From assembly GCA_052426225.1 (NCBI GenBank), contig JBNJNM010000013.1, forward strand, positions 1,488,001-1,552,000: a DNA stretch of 64,000 nucleotides, in the 5' to 3' direction. The notes under the pieces are model-generated. The model had not been told where the DNA came from, did no database searches, and saw only the letters and a list, made by a program, of their open reading frames with translations. The stretch is from Zancudomyces culisetae HAW-14-8. Its lineage: Eukaryota; Fungi; Kickxellomycota. The position numbers and the translations under genes are program-made. Below, piece by piece: positions 1 to 13,626 of this stretch (positions are counted from its first letter, which is position 1; every line of letters starts with the position of its first letter).

Positions 1-889
1 TATAGTTTTTTTAACATGGTTCGGTTTTAAATGGCTACATTGTTTTTTCCAGCACCACATGCGCCCATCTGACCCAAATCTGTTAATTTTTGTCTCGTCA
101 GACCATATCACACGTTTCCAGTCTTCTACAGTCCAATGCTGATTATATTTAGCAAATGCAAGTCGTTGTTAAATATGGCCTAATTTTAGCATAGGTTTTT
201 TGACCTTAGGTTTTGCACTTAAACCACTTTTTTACAAGCTATTCCGCACTGTTTGAGGAACCACAGATACGAGGCCATTATCCTTGAGAAATTTTGTAAC
301 GTCTGTCGCTGTATCAAATTGTCCAGACGTAATTTTCCGAATTATTTTTCGCTCATTAGCTTTTGTCAATTTATTTGGGCTGCCAGGTGATAAATTTTAT
401 ATTGATAAACGATACTTTTTTTTTATGTTAGATATTGTCCCTTTACTAATAGATAGTTTAGATGCAATTAGGCTATATGAATCCATTATCCTGCAGATTT
501 ATAACACTCCAAACTTTTCATTATTGAGTTTTTTCAACGTATTTAAAATGATCAAAAATTTATATTTTAATAATATAATGTATTGTGTAGATAATAGCAT
601 GTTATAACTAGTAACATATAAATTTTTTTAATGATGTCTATCATTATGAAAATATATCACCAATATTGAATATTATATTAGAAACAAAAAATTGTTCAAA
701 TAAATAATTTTACAAATAGTTTATCTACAGTTGATTGGCTGATTTAGAAATCTAAAAATTTGATAAGTAATACATGGTATATGGATGTATAATAATTGTT
801 AAATTTATATGGATACGATATAGTATTCGCGAGATATAATAAATTTTTAATGAATATCAAAAACATTTGAACAAATTTTTGAGTCACTG
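1..889 (-). mobile_element. Tc1/mariner DNA transposon, 5' part (transposase pseudogene plus terminal inverted repeat)
   Basis: Minus-strand translation of 60-140 gives WTVEDWKRVIWSDETKINRFGSDG (first catalytic D of Tc1 DDE), with stops upstream. The end ...TTTGAACAAATTTTTGAGTCACTG|TA at 889/890-891 is a CAGTG-type TIR with TA target. Confidence 0.85.
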
Positions 890-922
890 TATCAATCATT
901 GAAACAGTTTTTAATCTCACTG

Positions 923-2482
923 TAAATATATTTTATCAGCTTCAGGTACTTGTGTAGTAGATAATTTGATTGTAGTGAAGTTCGGGTGATATCCCATGAG
1001 ACTGTAAAACGGCGATGACTTTGTAGATGAGTGTTTAAAATTATTATACGAAAACTCTGCCATAGGTAATAGCGTGTCCCAATTATCTTGTTGATAAGAG
1101 ATAAAAGCTCTATGGTATTGTTTGAGAGTTTGGTTTGTTCTTTCTGACTGACCGTCAGTTTCTGGATGGAATGCTGAAGAGCGTTTAGATTTTATTTCAG
1201 TAGTTTTAGTAATCTTTGCCAAAACTTTGAAGTAAATTGGCTACCTCGGTCAGTGATTATTTCTTCTGGTAATCCATAGTTAGAGTAAATATGTTTCAGG
1301 AAGATGTCAGCAGTTTGTTGCGCAGTGGGAAGTTTCTTGATAGGCACGAATTTAGCCATCTTTGTAAACCGGTCTACCATTACTAGTATAGTTGTATACC
1401 CGTTGGATGGTGGTAACTCTACAATAAAATCCATTGTAACTGATTTCCACGGACCTGATGGAACTGGTAAAGGTGTTAGTAATCCAAACTTTCTGTGTTG
1501 AGGTATTTTTGTTCTTTTACAGATATCGCATGTTTCTATATATTTCCTTACATAGTTATTCATATCAGGGAACCAAAATGTGCGACGTAACAGGTCTAAA
1601 ATTTTCTTAATTCCATAGTGTCCTGCAGTTGTTGAATCATGGTGCATCTTGATAATATCCAGCCTAGTGCTTTCTGGTAAATATATTCTTTCTTTGTACT
1701 TTATTATTCCATTGTCAATTCGATATATCGGTTGTTTATCATTATTTGATTTGGTTGGCAAATTTATTTTTTTCAGTAACTTAATTGGATATTTGTCTTT
1801 CTTAGACTCGTTTAGGATTTTAGATAATATAGGGTTATGTGGCTGGATAATTGCGTAAAGGAAGTTGGTATTGCGAAAGATGTTTTTAGGTAGTGGAGGA
1901 CCTTGTTGGTATTCAGATCTTCTAGACAGTGCGTCAGGTTTGCCACCCTCAGTTCCCGGTCTGTATGTAATAAGGAAGTTATATCGTGATAGCGTAAGTG
2001 ACCATCTTGCGTGCCGTCGGTTTAAGGTTTGAGCATTCTTAAAGTGTTCTAGATTTTTGTGATCCGTATATACAATTGTAGTTTGCTGTGTACCTTCGAG
2101 GTAATGTCTCCATTCTTTCATTGCTGTAACAATGGCAAGCTTTTCCTTATCGTAGATGTCGTAATTGATTTCCGCTGGGGTGAACTTTCTAGAGTAGTAT
2201 GCAACAGGTCTTAATTCATTATCTTCATCGTACTGCGATAATATTGCTCCCATAGCGTAATCCGAAGCGTCAGTCTCCACGATAATTGTTTGACATGGTT
2301 AGGATAAGAGAGTAAAGGTAATCCAGCTAGATGTCTAATGAGTGTAGTAAACGAATTCTGTACTTCGTTGTTCCATTTAAATGCTGTATCCTTTTTTAGT
2401 AAATTTGTTAAGGGTAACGCGATGTTTGCCATATTTGGGATAAATTTTCTGTAATAGTTTACAAAACCTAAGATTACTTGTA
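923..2482 (-). pseudogene. Ty3/gypsy (Tf2-like) pol fragment: RT C-terminus, RNase H and integrase, frameshifted
   Basis: ORFs 2211-2546, 1192-2280 and 917-1222 carry LGFVNYYRKFI, ETDASDYAMGAILSQ, NYDIYDKE, HHCC (H..AGHYG..C..C), MDFI, ITDRGSQFTS and HPETDGQSERTNQTL. Truncated on both sides by CACTG|TA and TA|CAGTG transposon ends. Confidence 0.9.
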
Positions 2483-4050
2483 CAGTGAGTTTCAAAAATG
2501 TCTCAAAATATTGAAAATAATTTGCAAAGTGTAATATCTCGTTCAATAATATCCAAAAATTATATGTTTTTTATATTTTATAATGCACAAATGTTATATT
2601 AAATTATTATATAAACTGTAATGTATTGGTTAAAAATTCATTATGAAATTATATATTGAAAATATTATTAAAATGAGACAATTTTGGGAATTTTTCAAAA
2701 AAAAACTTTAAATTATTGTCCACCATCCTTTAGACTTGATAACTGCCTCAACTCTTTTGAGCATACTATCTATAAGACCAAGTATAGTTTCCACTGATAT
2801 TATATTCCATTCCGTTTCTATTCGCTCCCATAATTCGATCATCCCGGACGGAGGTTTACTGTATCTATTTAGGCGTCTTTTGATGATTGCCCATATAGTT
2901 TCGATTGGGTTTAAGTCTGGAGATTGTGGCGGCCAGTCCAATGTATTATATTTCTGGTTTTCAAGCCAGCTGGTAACTAACTTCGCGGTATGTTTAGGAT
3001 CATTGTCATGTTGAAATATTATTGACTTGGGATCCAACTTGTAGTACTTATTGTATTGCTAAGCTCGTCTTTTAAAATGTTTAAATAACCTTCGTTGTTT
3101 AACATTCCTTCTATTAGGCACATGTAGCCAGTTCCAAATGCTGTGATGCAACCCCAAATCAACAGTAATCTTAAACTGTGTTTTACGGTCTGGTTAATAT
3201 TTTGCGGCTGTAGGCTGACACCATCACGAACCCAATTCCATTCATTTCCATCAGATCCAAATCGATTGATTTTAGTTTCGTCGGACCAAATTACTCGCCT
3301 CCAATCATCAGTAGTCCAGTGGCGATGAGATTTTGCGAATCTCAACCTTTGTACAATATTTTTAAGGCTCAGTTTCGGTTTGGAGGTTTTTTTTTTTGCA
3401 ACGGCTTTTAAATCATTAAAAGCCCTATATATTGTAGACTTACTAGCACTAATAATATTATCCATTTCTAACTTCTTTTGTATCGAAGTAGCAGATCGAT
3501 ACTCTCCAGATAATATCATCCTAGTACATATTCGCTTGCTTTGGGGTGAAAGCTTCGCTGAACGACCGCGTTTATTAGCCGGTATATTGATATTCATTGC
3601 TGCTTTAAATCTGTATATTGCTGCTTTAAATCTGTATATTGCTGCTTTAAATTTGTATATTGTTGCTTTACTAACTCCATGTTCTATAATGATTTGGTCA
3701 ATGCTTCTTCCTTCAAGTTACGAGTTTTTTATATCCAGTTTACGAGGTTTTGATAACTTATTTTAAAATATTTTAAATATATTTTGATATATAATAGATT
3801 ATATTATATTTAAGTTTTAAATTATTATGATTGGCAATCATAAAGAATGATAGTTTAAATTTTTATTTTGAAAAATTCCCAAAATTGAATCATTTTTAAA
3901 ATTTTATTATCTTTAAATTATTGAAAGATTTTTTAATTAGTAATATTATTGTATATATCTATTAATGAATAGTAATAGTTTTAAAATAATATAAATTATT
4001 ATAATTGATGTCATTGAGCGAGATATTACAATTCATAATATTTTAATATT
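2483..4050 (-). mobile_element. Tc1 (DD34E-type) transposon with long imperfect TIRs, transposase frameshifted
   Basis: TA|CAGTGAGTTTCAAAAATGTCTC at 2481. ORFs 3019-3597 and 2708-3037 give WSDETKIN, FQHDNDPKH and SPDLNPIE. Inverted matches at 2671-2700 vs 3868-3896 and 2530-2546 vs 4014-4031. The outer right end is eroded. Confidence 0.9.
3596..3670. repeat. 21-bp tandem repeat (ATTGCTGCTTTAAATCTGTAT, about 3.5 copies) in the transposase N-terminal region
   Basis: Direct inspection; the unit length keeps the reading frame. Confidence 0.9.
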
Positions 4051-4249
4051 AATTACAATATATTTCAATTTTTACGTTGCCTATCATTTTGTTTTAATAT
4101 AAGATTAATATTTGTGAATTTAAAACTACAAATATAAATTTTTTAACTTTGAGTCAGAACGGTGAAACACTATATTTGAGTCTCGTATATAAATACATTA
4201 TTCAATACAATCATTTATTCTGAAGTAACGTGAAGTGTTAAATCTAAAA

Positions 4250-5990
4250 TATAGCTAAAAAGTTATATATTTGGCCAGATCAAGGTGCTCTCGAATCTAA
4301 ATTACTGCGACAGTAATCGACATCGATTCTTAGGGTTAGTATCTAATCTAACTGTGCGTATTAAAGTGTTAATTTTAACATACATACTGTTTATTGAATT
4401 GTTAAATGAAGTACTGATTTTAGGTATGGATTGGATTAAATTATATAAATAACAATTGACTTACATGGTGACAGTCTAACAATCCGTTTTGACAGAAATA
4501 CCGTTACAATACCTATATAATTAAGCACAACTAAACGATGCCAGTGAAGGATGGCTATGAATTATTTGGTATTGGTAAAGATAATATAACAGTATGTGAC
4601 AGTTATAATGAGAATCAGCCAGGAATTACAAATGTGGTAAGCAAGTATAGTAAAATATTAGTTGAAGAATATTCACAACTTACTACCAACAACGCTATCG
4701 AGCACGGAATTGATACTGGAGATGCAGCTCCTATAAAAATATAACCTTATCGTATACCTAATGCGTTAAAAGATAAATTCAGAGATGAAATCAAACTAAT
4801 CAAAGATATGAATATTATAGAACCATGTTACTCTGAATGGGCAGCACCCGTTGTTACAGTGTGGAAAAAGAACGGCAAGTTACGAATATGTTCGGACTAC
4901 AGGAAATTAAACTCAGTTACAAAAAAGGATAATTACCCGCTACCATCTATAAATGACATATTTGAAGCGCTTACCGGTGCGAAAATATTTAGTACTTTAG
5001 ATGCCTTATCAGGATTCTGGCAGGTTAAAGTCAAAGATGAAGATAAACATAAAACTGCTTTCAGTATACCAGGTGGAGGCCTATATTGCTATAATGTAAT
5101 GCCTTTTGGTCTATGTAATAGCCCACCTACCTTTCAACGCTTGATGGAGCGTGTCTTACAACCAGTACTTTGGAAAACTGCATTAGTCTTTGTCGATGAT
5201 ATTATCGTTTATTCGACATCTATTGAACAACATGCCCTGGACCTAGAGCTAGTATTTGAGTTATTAGTTAAGCACTGTATTAAGTTGAACAAAAACAAAT
5301 GTTGTTTCGGATTAAAACGGCTTGAGTATCTGGGACATGTTATCTCTGCAGCTGGGTTAGAAGTTAATAAAAAGAAAACTGAAGCAATAAATAGTATGCC
5401 TAGACCAAAGAGTGTAAAGGAACTACAAAGCTTTTTAGGAACATCGAATTACTACAGGATGTTTATTTATAATTATGCTGCTATAACTAAACCATTAAAT
5501 AATATATTGAAAAAAGATATGTTACGGTATTGGAATATAGAATGCGAAGAAGCATTCAAAGCATTTAAATATAAACAAACAGACTTTCCGGTACTATCAC
5601 ATCCAGACTGGAGCAAACCATTCATCATCACGACTGACGCCTCGATAAACGGAATAAGCGGTATACTAAGTCAGATGTATGATAATAAGGAACACCCAAT
5701 ATGTTATGTTAGTAGAAGTCTAAAGAAACCAGAAAAGAATTACTCCATAACTTACCTGGAGGGTCTCGCGGTGATATTTACTGTAGGCCAGTTTCGAAAC
5801 TATGTTTATGGATATCATTCAAGATATTTACAGACCATTAAGCTCTTTTAAGACTATTCAAATCAAAAGAATCTACTGGTAGATTAGCTCGATGGGCACT
5901 AATGCTTAAAGAGTATAACTATACTCTTGAGCATCAAAACCGATCTTCTATTTCAGCTGACTCGTTATCTAAATTCGTAAAAAATGTTGA
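4250..5990 (+). pseudogene. Decayed Ty3/gypsy pol (PR-RT-RNase H), related to the intact element at 15485
   Basis: ORF 4808-5851 has FSIPGGGLYCYNVMPFGLCNSP, FVDD, TTDAS and NYSITYLEGLAV, closely paralleling FAIPGSGTYCYNVMPFGLTNSP and NYSVAHLEGLAV in ORF 16000-20430. Stops and frameshifts on both sides. Confidence 0.9.
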
Positions 5991-7879
5991 AATATTTGTA
6001 GCAACTATATTAACTCTAATAATATAATAGATTTAACTTTGAAGTAATTTTCATGAATAAAATAACATGGCATAGTAAATATTTTGGAAATAAAGTATTT
6101 TTTAATAGTTAAGTTAATTGAAAAAATTATATACGATACTAGATACCGTTCCTAGACTGTAAAGTTGTAGCATTTGATACTTTTTCCACGCCTAGGGTTT
6201 AGAACTTAATGTTATGAAAACTGCGGAATAACTATATTATAATAAATATACGTAATTTTACTGTCCTAATTAGAATGTTAATCAAACAATAATCATAACC
6301 GAATCTTATTTATAATAACATCTGGACAATATACATAATCAATTTACTAATAAATGAGAAATTTTATATATGATTTAGTATGTGTAATGAATACACTTAT
6401 GACAACAATAAAATATATTTATACTTATTTAATGTTTATTAAATATTTAATAGTGTATCAATATAAAATTTTATATTTAATTTTATGACGTATTACTACA
6501 TATGAATTGTATATAATAATTATGAAATATTAAGATAATAATATATTAGATATTTAATTATAATATATATTTATATTTAAGTTTATTCTAAGATTTGATA
6601 CAATCATAATGGTATATAAGTATAAATAACATTACATGTAAATTAGGTATGACATTTCATATAACAATAATAATTTAATATTTCTATTCAAATATATAAA
6701 TTAATATATTATAAATAATATTATAAAAAGTATCAACTTATCTTTTGTGTCAGGACTTGACACTAAGTACTATTGGTTTACTAGGACAAGATTTTATTTA
6801 TAATACAATGGGATAATAAGATATTATTGATAAAGTTTCATAAAGCAATAAAATCCTTGTTCTTAGATAGTTTTACTATATAAATTTAATTGTAAAATAT
6901 AATAAAAACTATACTTAAAACTATAACTTAAAAACTAAATTTTATTAACTGTCAACGCCACAATTAACTGTTATGATTGATTTATTGTAATAGTATAGAT
7001 ACTAAATAAACGAGATTAAAGACTTAAAGTTTACTAAAAAGCTTTGGTAAAGGTTTATTCAAACAAATTTAATGGATAATGATTCCTATTGGTTAGTTCC
7101 TTATATTAACATTTATATTTGGGGTAAAACCAAATTATTAATAATGTTAATTCTTACTCCATATTTAATAATTTATGAAGTAAGAATTAAAGCGGGAAAA
7201 TGTTAATAAACTATATGCTATCGGTTTCATACAATGTCAAATTCCTAGAAATTAGAAATGTAATTAAAATTTTTTCAAAACTGTGTCAATGTCAAGAAAT
7301 GAGTTTAAATATAATATTTTTTTATTAATAGACAAAATTATTACTTAAATGGAATGAGCGAAATTTTATCGCTAGTGTAGTGATAAAATATATATTTGAC
7401 TTTAATAGTTATACTTGTGCTTGTATTAATTGCGTAACTATAGGAACTACTTAAATTAAAACGTATATATAAGAATATAATATTATTGTGAAACATTGAA
7501 CAAACTTAAATATATTAAAAGCAACTGATTAAATTAATAATATCTAATTTATTGATAAACATGATTAACTGATGTGTATTTGTCATTTATGACAGATAAT
7601 GTATTGAATTAAATTTGAATTATCACAATGATTTTATATCGTATTGTTTAATATTTAAATATGTAAATAGGTATTTGATTGGTTGAATTAAGCTTCCCGG
7701 GATTTATTTAACTATAATTGAAACAGTTTTAGGATATAGGTTTAACAAATTGCTTTTTAAAATATACTTTTGAAATATCAACATTAGTAACATTAGGTTT
7801 TTTAGAATTTATAGTTCCATAATCTTTTTGCATTAGTGTCATACAGTTGTTATTATTTTTCATGTGTCGAGTGAATTAG

Positions 7880-9675
7880 GAAGTAATTTTTAGATACTTT
7901 AGAAGCACTTTCAACTCATAGGAATCAATCAAATAATACAAGGAGGATAATTTGCATTCGGATATAGATGCAAGGCTAAAATAATTTGCAAGAGGCATTT
8001 ATCAATATCCGGCAAGATTTTATAAATTAATACCTTTTTACTATCTAAGGTTTGGTTCAGTGCCCAGGTCATAATGTTTGGAAAACACTTCAGTGTCAAA
8101 CTCAAAGATTAGTCGAAAATTTTATTTGGAATGAAAAAATATCAAAAATTGGCATTGAAAAACTAAAACTCCCTGAGGATATGGGTGGTTGGGGACTAAT
8201 CCCCATTTAATCCCAGTTGAATTCATTATTTTTCTAATAGGGATTGGAAGATATTTCGAGGTTAATGGGAAATTATGAGAATGATAAATTTATGTGGCAA
8301 GAAATAGCGGATAATCACTTTTATATAGCCATTATCTCAAAACAATATGAAAGCGGTGTAATTGAGCTCTCTGACGCTTTTTTCATTGAAAAAGTAAATC
8401 ACAATCTGCCAATAACGGTTTATTTCTGGTCAAAATTTGCTAATTTATACGAAAAATACATTAATAACGATATTACAAACGTTAATAAATAGAAAATATA
8501 TGAAAAAACATTTTAGGCGTTAAATATGTTAAAAATATGAATGATATATCAATGTACAAATAAGATATAAGATTAATGAAGCAATTGGTTATAATAATGT
8601 ATCCGATTGCTTCGGTAATTGTAAAAAAATTCTGAGCAACGATGATATATCGAAATTAAAATTGTAATTGGATCGTAATCAAAGAGATTTATTTATGTAT
8701 ATATGATGAAAACAATTTTTTTACGACTGAAATTGAGCAAAACTAGCCAGGATACCACAAGAAATTCTATCCATTTTCGATAGTGTAGAATGGTCCTACA
8801 CAATAAAGAAGGCACGGCAATACCTTGAGAGGCAACTTATATAAACAAAATAAAGGCAAAAAGTAGAGCCAAACTACAAGAAAATGGGTAGGAGCCAGCA
8901 GTTTAGAAGGATTATGTTGGAAACATAGCCGAACACTAAATGTACAGCCAAAAATAAAGAGTTTTCTAAGGCTGCTATATCACGGAGGAATTATAACAGG
9001 AAAAGACGTAAAGACATGTCACATGAAAAGTGGAAAATTATATAGCGATATTCGATGTAGTTTCTGTAAAAAAAATGATGAGGATTATAAACATATATTT
9101 TACGACTGCAGTCGTATGAAACAATACTGGAAATATATAAGCGAGTTTATTGAAGGTAGTAAAGAGGAAAACATAAGAGACAATGCTACAGAAAACAGTA
9201 CAGAAAAAAATATATATATACAGGATATCTACAATATATTTAATAAATATAAAGATAAAATACCCGAAAGAAATATTGTACATGCACTGGAATATGGAAC
9301 ATTAACCGCGCTCGAACCGAAAGCTCGTTGTCGAATGTCAACCTAACCGGGACGGAACTGTTTCATCGTTTTCGTGGAATGCTTCGAGAAAAATTTGAGC
9401 AAGATTATAAATACCAAACGCTCAATAGATTTAAACGAACATGGCTTAAAGCCAAATGTTCGTGGTTCTATATTGAGCCAGGTGAGGAGAGCCAAGTCGA
9501 TGAGTAGTCGAGATCGTTTCGTTTTTTAATTTAACCGCTATTGAGCGTATTAAGAATATATTTATTAGTGAATTTAAAAGTTTGGAATAATTTTTAGATA
9601 GAAAATTCTCATTACTACGTATAATATTTTTAATATAAATATCTATTAATATAGTCAAAAAAAAAATAAAATAAA
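7880..9675 (+). mobile_element. Non-LTR retrotransposon (L1/Tx1-like) 3' remnant
   Basis: Degenerate post-RT motifs INTFLLSKVWF, FIWN and KLPEDMGGWGL (8020-8210); CCHC zf-RVT motif CSFCKKNDEDYKHIFYDC (ORF 9023-9346); A-rich tail near 9657-9675. Confidence 0.75.
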
Positions 9676-10786
9676 TCCTTTACTTGACCGGTATTTATAA
9701 ATGATATTTATAACTATTTTAGAGAATGATAATGTAAATCCAATAATTTTACATCATATTACCCATAAATATATTATAATTTCTTCTTCTATATAATCAT
9801 TTGTTTTATGCTTTGTTGTAATTCCCTAAGAATTACATCTTGAATTATAAATAAAACTCGTTATGTGACATACTATAGGTTAAGAAATTACTGGTATGAT
9901 TGTTTCGCTGTTGTTTATTTCTTTTGCTGAACTGTTTGTGTTTATCTCGGTTTTTTAGAAATTGTAGGGTTCGTCTTGCATAAATTTTTTAAAAATTTAT
10001 CTTAAGATTATGTGTGATTAGTTAATATATATGCTGTTAATTCTGAATCGTTAAATTAGTGTATGAAAACTAATATAAGACGAAATTTAATAACGAAATG
10101 GTAATTTGGTAAGCCCTCTAACATGTTTCGCTTTTAATTTGTTTTTGAGTGATTAATTCAAGCGTAATCTATAGTTTCTAGTTTTTTTAGGTTTAATATT
10201 TTTCTAATCGAGTTTTATATTTTATAAAATCAAGAATCTCTTTTGTACCCTCTACATAATTTAATATTCCAAAGCACAATATAGTATAAGTTAACTTTTA
10301 ATAATTAATACCTTTAAAATAATTATTAAATACAATATTATTCAAAATTGTATAATAGTTGTCAACGTTTTAGATCATAATTTTTAATTTTAAATCTCAA
10401 AAATTTACATTTCTACTAAAATCTCCATAATTATGCTATTCATTCGAGAATAAAATTGTTAAATTCGATTTCCAGGGACTGGATTCTTCAGTAAAGCACC
10501 ATCAATGTTATAAACAATGGGCTGCTTATAACTGTGGACCGTGGATTTAGTTATACTTGATTAATATTTATTTGGTAGAAGTCGGTATTTAGTACTATAT
10601 AATATTAGATGTATTAATAAATATATATTGTTCTCTGATGTATCCCAACGAAATTTCGAATAGTTTTTTTAATTTTACATCAGAGTTATTACTATTAAGA
10701 AAAACTTGAAGACAATAAAGTTTAGAATAAAATTTACTATGTAAAATTGAACTAGTTTAAAATATATACTTATCGTGAAACTTATA

Positions 10787-10990
10787 ATTTTCATTTGTTG
10801 ATTATAACATAGATATGATTTATCAATTTTAACAATAAATTTGTTTATTGATATTAACAAAGATTTTGTTTATCGATTTTAGCATTGATTTTGTTTATCG
10901 ATTTTATCATTGATTTTGTTTATCGATTATAACATAGATTTTGTAGTTCAATTTTAACATAGATTTGGTTATCCTATTTTTTCAAGGATT
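10787..10990. repeat. 25-bp minisatellite, about 7-8 diverged copies (GATTTTGTTTATCGATTTTAGCATT)
   Basis: Unit starts at 10862, 10887, 10912, 10937 and 10962, with weaker copies upstream. Confidence 0.85.
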
Positions 10991-11399
10991 ATTGTTAAAT
11001 TTAATTATTGGAAATTTCTTGATTTTTCTTAGTAAATTTTCTCAATAATATAATCAGAGATTTCATGGTGAATATTGCAAAATTGATTCCAATGTCGGAA
11101 TTGCATGTTAGAAAACAGGAAATGAAATAATAAAATAGGTTTGATTTTTAGTAGGCCAAATTGTAACTAAAAATTATGTCCGGGAAATGGCCATTCCTAA
11201 CAATCAAGATCACTAGGTATGTATGATTTATCATATTTAGCTTCTATAGCCTTAAATGGTTATTTCAATCTGTTTAGAAGTCTATTTTGAATCGATATTG
11301 TCAAACATGAATTCCATATTATACAAAGTCCTCATCTATTTATTGTTTTTGTCTGGTTCTGTGTCTGAAAAAAAGTAATCTTTCAATTATATCTATCCG

Positions 11400-11665
11400 A
11401 GTTAATCCTGACATTAACTCCTCATCCAACATCTATTTCTTTTAAATTTTTCCATTCTTCTCACAAATATATCATCGGTTGTCATATTATTGTCCCAGTA
11501 TAATGTAGTTTATGTAATATGATAGATTACAACCGGTAGTTTGAAATGTTTTAATTAGCAAGTAGTACGGGAAATACTCTGTAGTTCATATCACTGTTAT
11601 TCTATCGGCCCAAAGTGCCTTTTCTAGACAATCAACATTACCTTTTTCATGTTCAACAGTGTAAG
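11400..11665 (-). pseudogene. Highly decayed gypsy integrase fragment
   Basis: Minus-strand translation near 11560-11660 gives CLEKALWADRITVI*TTEYFPYYL, resembling the integrase ALWAxRxT...T.YSPFYL motif. Confidence 0.6.
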
Positions 11666-12502
11666 TTTTTAAAAGCACTAATAATTGGTTGGTGACCGCG
11701 TTCTACTGTAATATTAACTTGAGAAAGGTAGCTCGAAGTAAGAAATAGTGAAAATCGTATATAAAGTTTTTCCTAACCCCAGGAATTGCCATTTCTACTC
11801 TATTATCACGTATAGCGCTTACGCACCCGTAACTATTTAGTATAAACTTGTAAAAATTAAATAGTTTTTTAGAGTTGTACGAATATTTTAATGATAAAAA
11901 AAATGTTTAATATATTATTTTATAGAGAAGTGTTAAGACTAGATTAATTTTAAGATTAAATTATTTATTACTATTATTTTATTTAGAAAAATATGGTATT
12001 AAATAGTGAATAAGATATTTTTCTCTGAAGTTCTCTTTCGATGGATTTCGAAAGGGTTTTTATACTTTTTACTCCATGGATTTTTTTCCATATAAAATTT
12101 TCTTAAGTAAAGTTGCTATCAAACTATAAATTTGACTATTAAACTTATGAGTAACTGATGTGATTAACTACCGTGAGTTTAGTGTGTCAATGATTGCGTC
12201 ATTCATGTTATTCTGACGATTCTTTGAATTATTAGTTTCGGAATTCTTTCTAGGTTTCTTATTTCCTAAAATGGACTGTGAATATTATTATAACAAATTT
12301 CATCGCGAAATTCATTTTTTACTTGACTTGGTTAGATTAATTTAATAATTTGTACTTAGTTACATTTAATTAATTTGTACTTAGTTACATTATAGTAATT
12401 TGTATATGGTTACAATTTCATTTTGTAACCTACTTGATTAGGTCATGGAGAATTATAAAAAACATGAATTTATTTAATTTATTTTAAAACAATTCCTAAC
12501 AA

Positions 12503-12532
12503 AAAACATTTGAACAAATTTTTGAGTCACTG
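12503..12532. repeat. Orphan Tc1 TIR end, same sequence as 860-889
   Basis: AAAACATTTGAACAAATTTTTGAGTCACTG|TA, identical and in the same orientation as the end at 889. Confidence 0.8.
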
Positions 12533-12940
12533 TATATAAAGTAATATGATATTTTAAAAAATAGTTCGATACTTCTTTCGTTAAAAGTGAAGAAAAGTTG
12601 GGGTTTATATAGTTTTTCTGTATGTCAACATTGTTTTGAAATCACTAACATGTTCTTCTGTTGTTCAAACATGTTTTATTAATTGATACGTTGTTATCTT
12701 TTCTACCCCTACATTTCTTAAATGTTAACAGTTCACTCAAAACAGCATCGTTACCCCGTGTTAAACACACGTGGTTTGGTGTAATTTATCCGCATGATAA
12801 ATTACACTGATTTATTTTGAAACATATAAATGCGTTAATAATATTAAATGATATTAATACTAAGAATTAAACAAATGTATGGGGAAAAACCCAGTGGGAA
12901 AAAGTGCCCATACATATACTATAAAAACAAAAACGACAAA

Positions 12941-13162
12941 TGTTATATTGTGGAATTATATAATTGTATTTTCTTGTATTTTATTGGTTAATTTAATTAG
13001 TATTATTTTATGCATTAAATAGTCTAGTTTTGTATTAATTAATAAATGGTCTTTTTCTCCCACAATAATTACAGTACTAATATATAATAATAAAGTCCCG
13101 TCCTGTATAATACTGGGTAATTATATTACTCAGTAGGACGTTAAAAATGTAATTATACAACA
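12941..13162. mobile_element. Solo LTR-like unit D (222 bp)
   Basis: TGTTAT...TACAACA termini; flanking CAAA (12937-40) and CAAA (13163-66) form a 4-bp TSD. Confidence 0.65.
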
Positions 13163-13169
13163 CAAAATA

Positions 13170-13623
13170 TGTTATATAGCGACGCAGATCACCTCTAGTC
13201 ACTATATAATCCACCTTCTAATAATATTGGTTTTATTATATTAATTTTATATTACTTTTTGTAGATCATAATATTTGATCTGTTACAGTATATTATTAGT
13301 TTATTCATAAATTCTAGGTTCATGCATAGTTTTTTTCATCTTCGGATTTTTTCTAGGCATGAACAAATATAAAAAAAATAGTTATAGGTTTATTAGTTGT
13401 TTAGGTATATAGTTAAGTTTATTATAGTATATTATATTATTATAAATACTACATATTTTTCTTGTAGTAGCGTTATCAAATAAATCACATAAACATAGTT
13501 TGGTCTATTTACTAAAGTCTTTAAAATATATAGCGAAAACTTGATTAAAAATAGTACTTAGTATATATTAGTTAACATAGTAAATATATTCTTTATACCC
13601 GTTAAGAACCTAAATCGCTAACA
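13170..13623. mobile_element. Solo LTR, family B copy 1 (454 bp)
   Basis: TGTTATATAG...CGCTAACA termini; alignable end to end with 15027-15478. Confidence 0.8.
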
Positions 13624-13626
13624 AAT

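Noticed and set aside
10787-10990. Regular repeat as a possible CRISPR array
   Set aside because: Contiguous tandem units without spacers, eukaryotic context, no cas genes.
12139-12154. TTAAACTTATGAGTAA matches the 5' region of U12 snRNA
   Set aside because: The essential branch-point-pairing continuation (GGAAAA) is absent, no downstream U12 structure is seen, and it lies in AT-rich TE debris.
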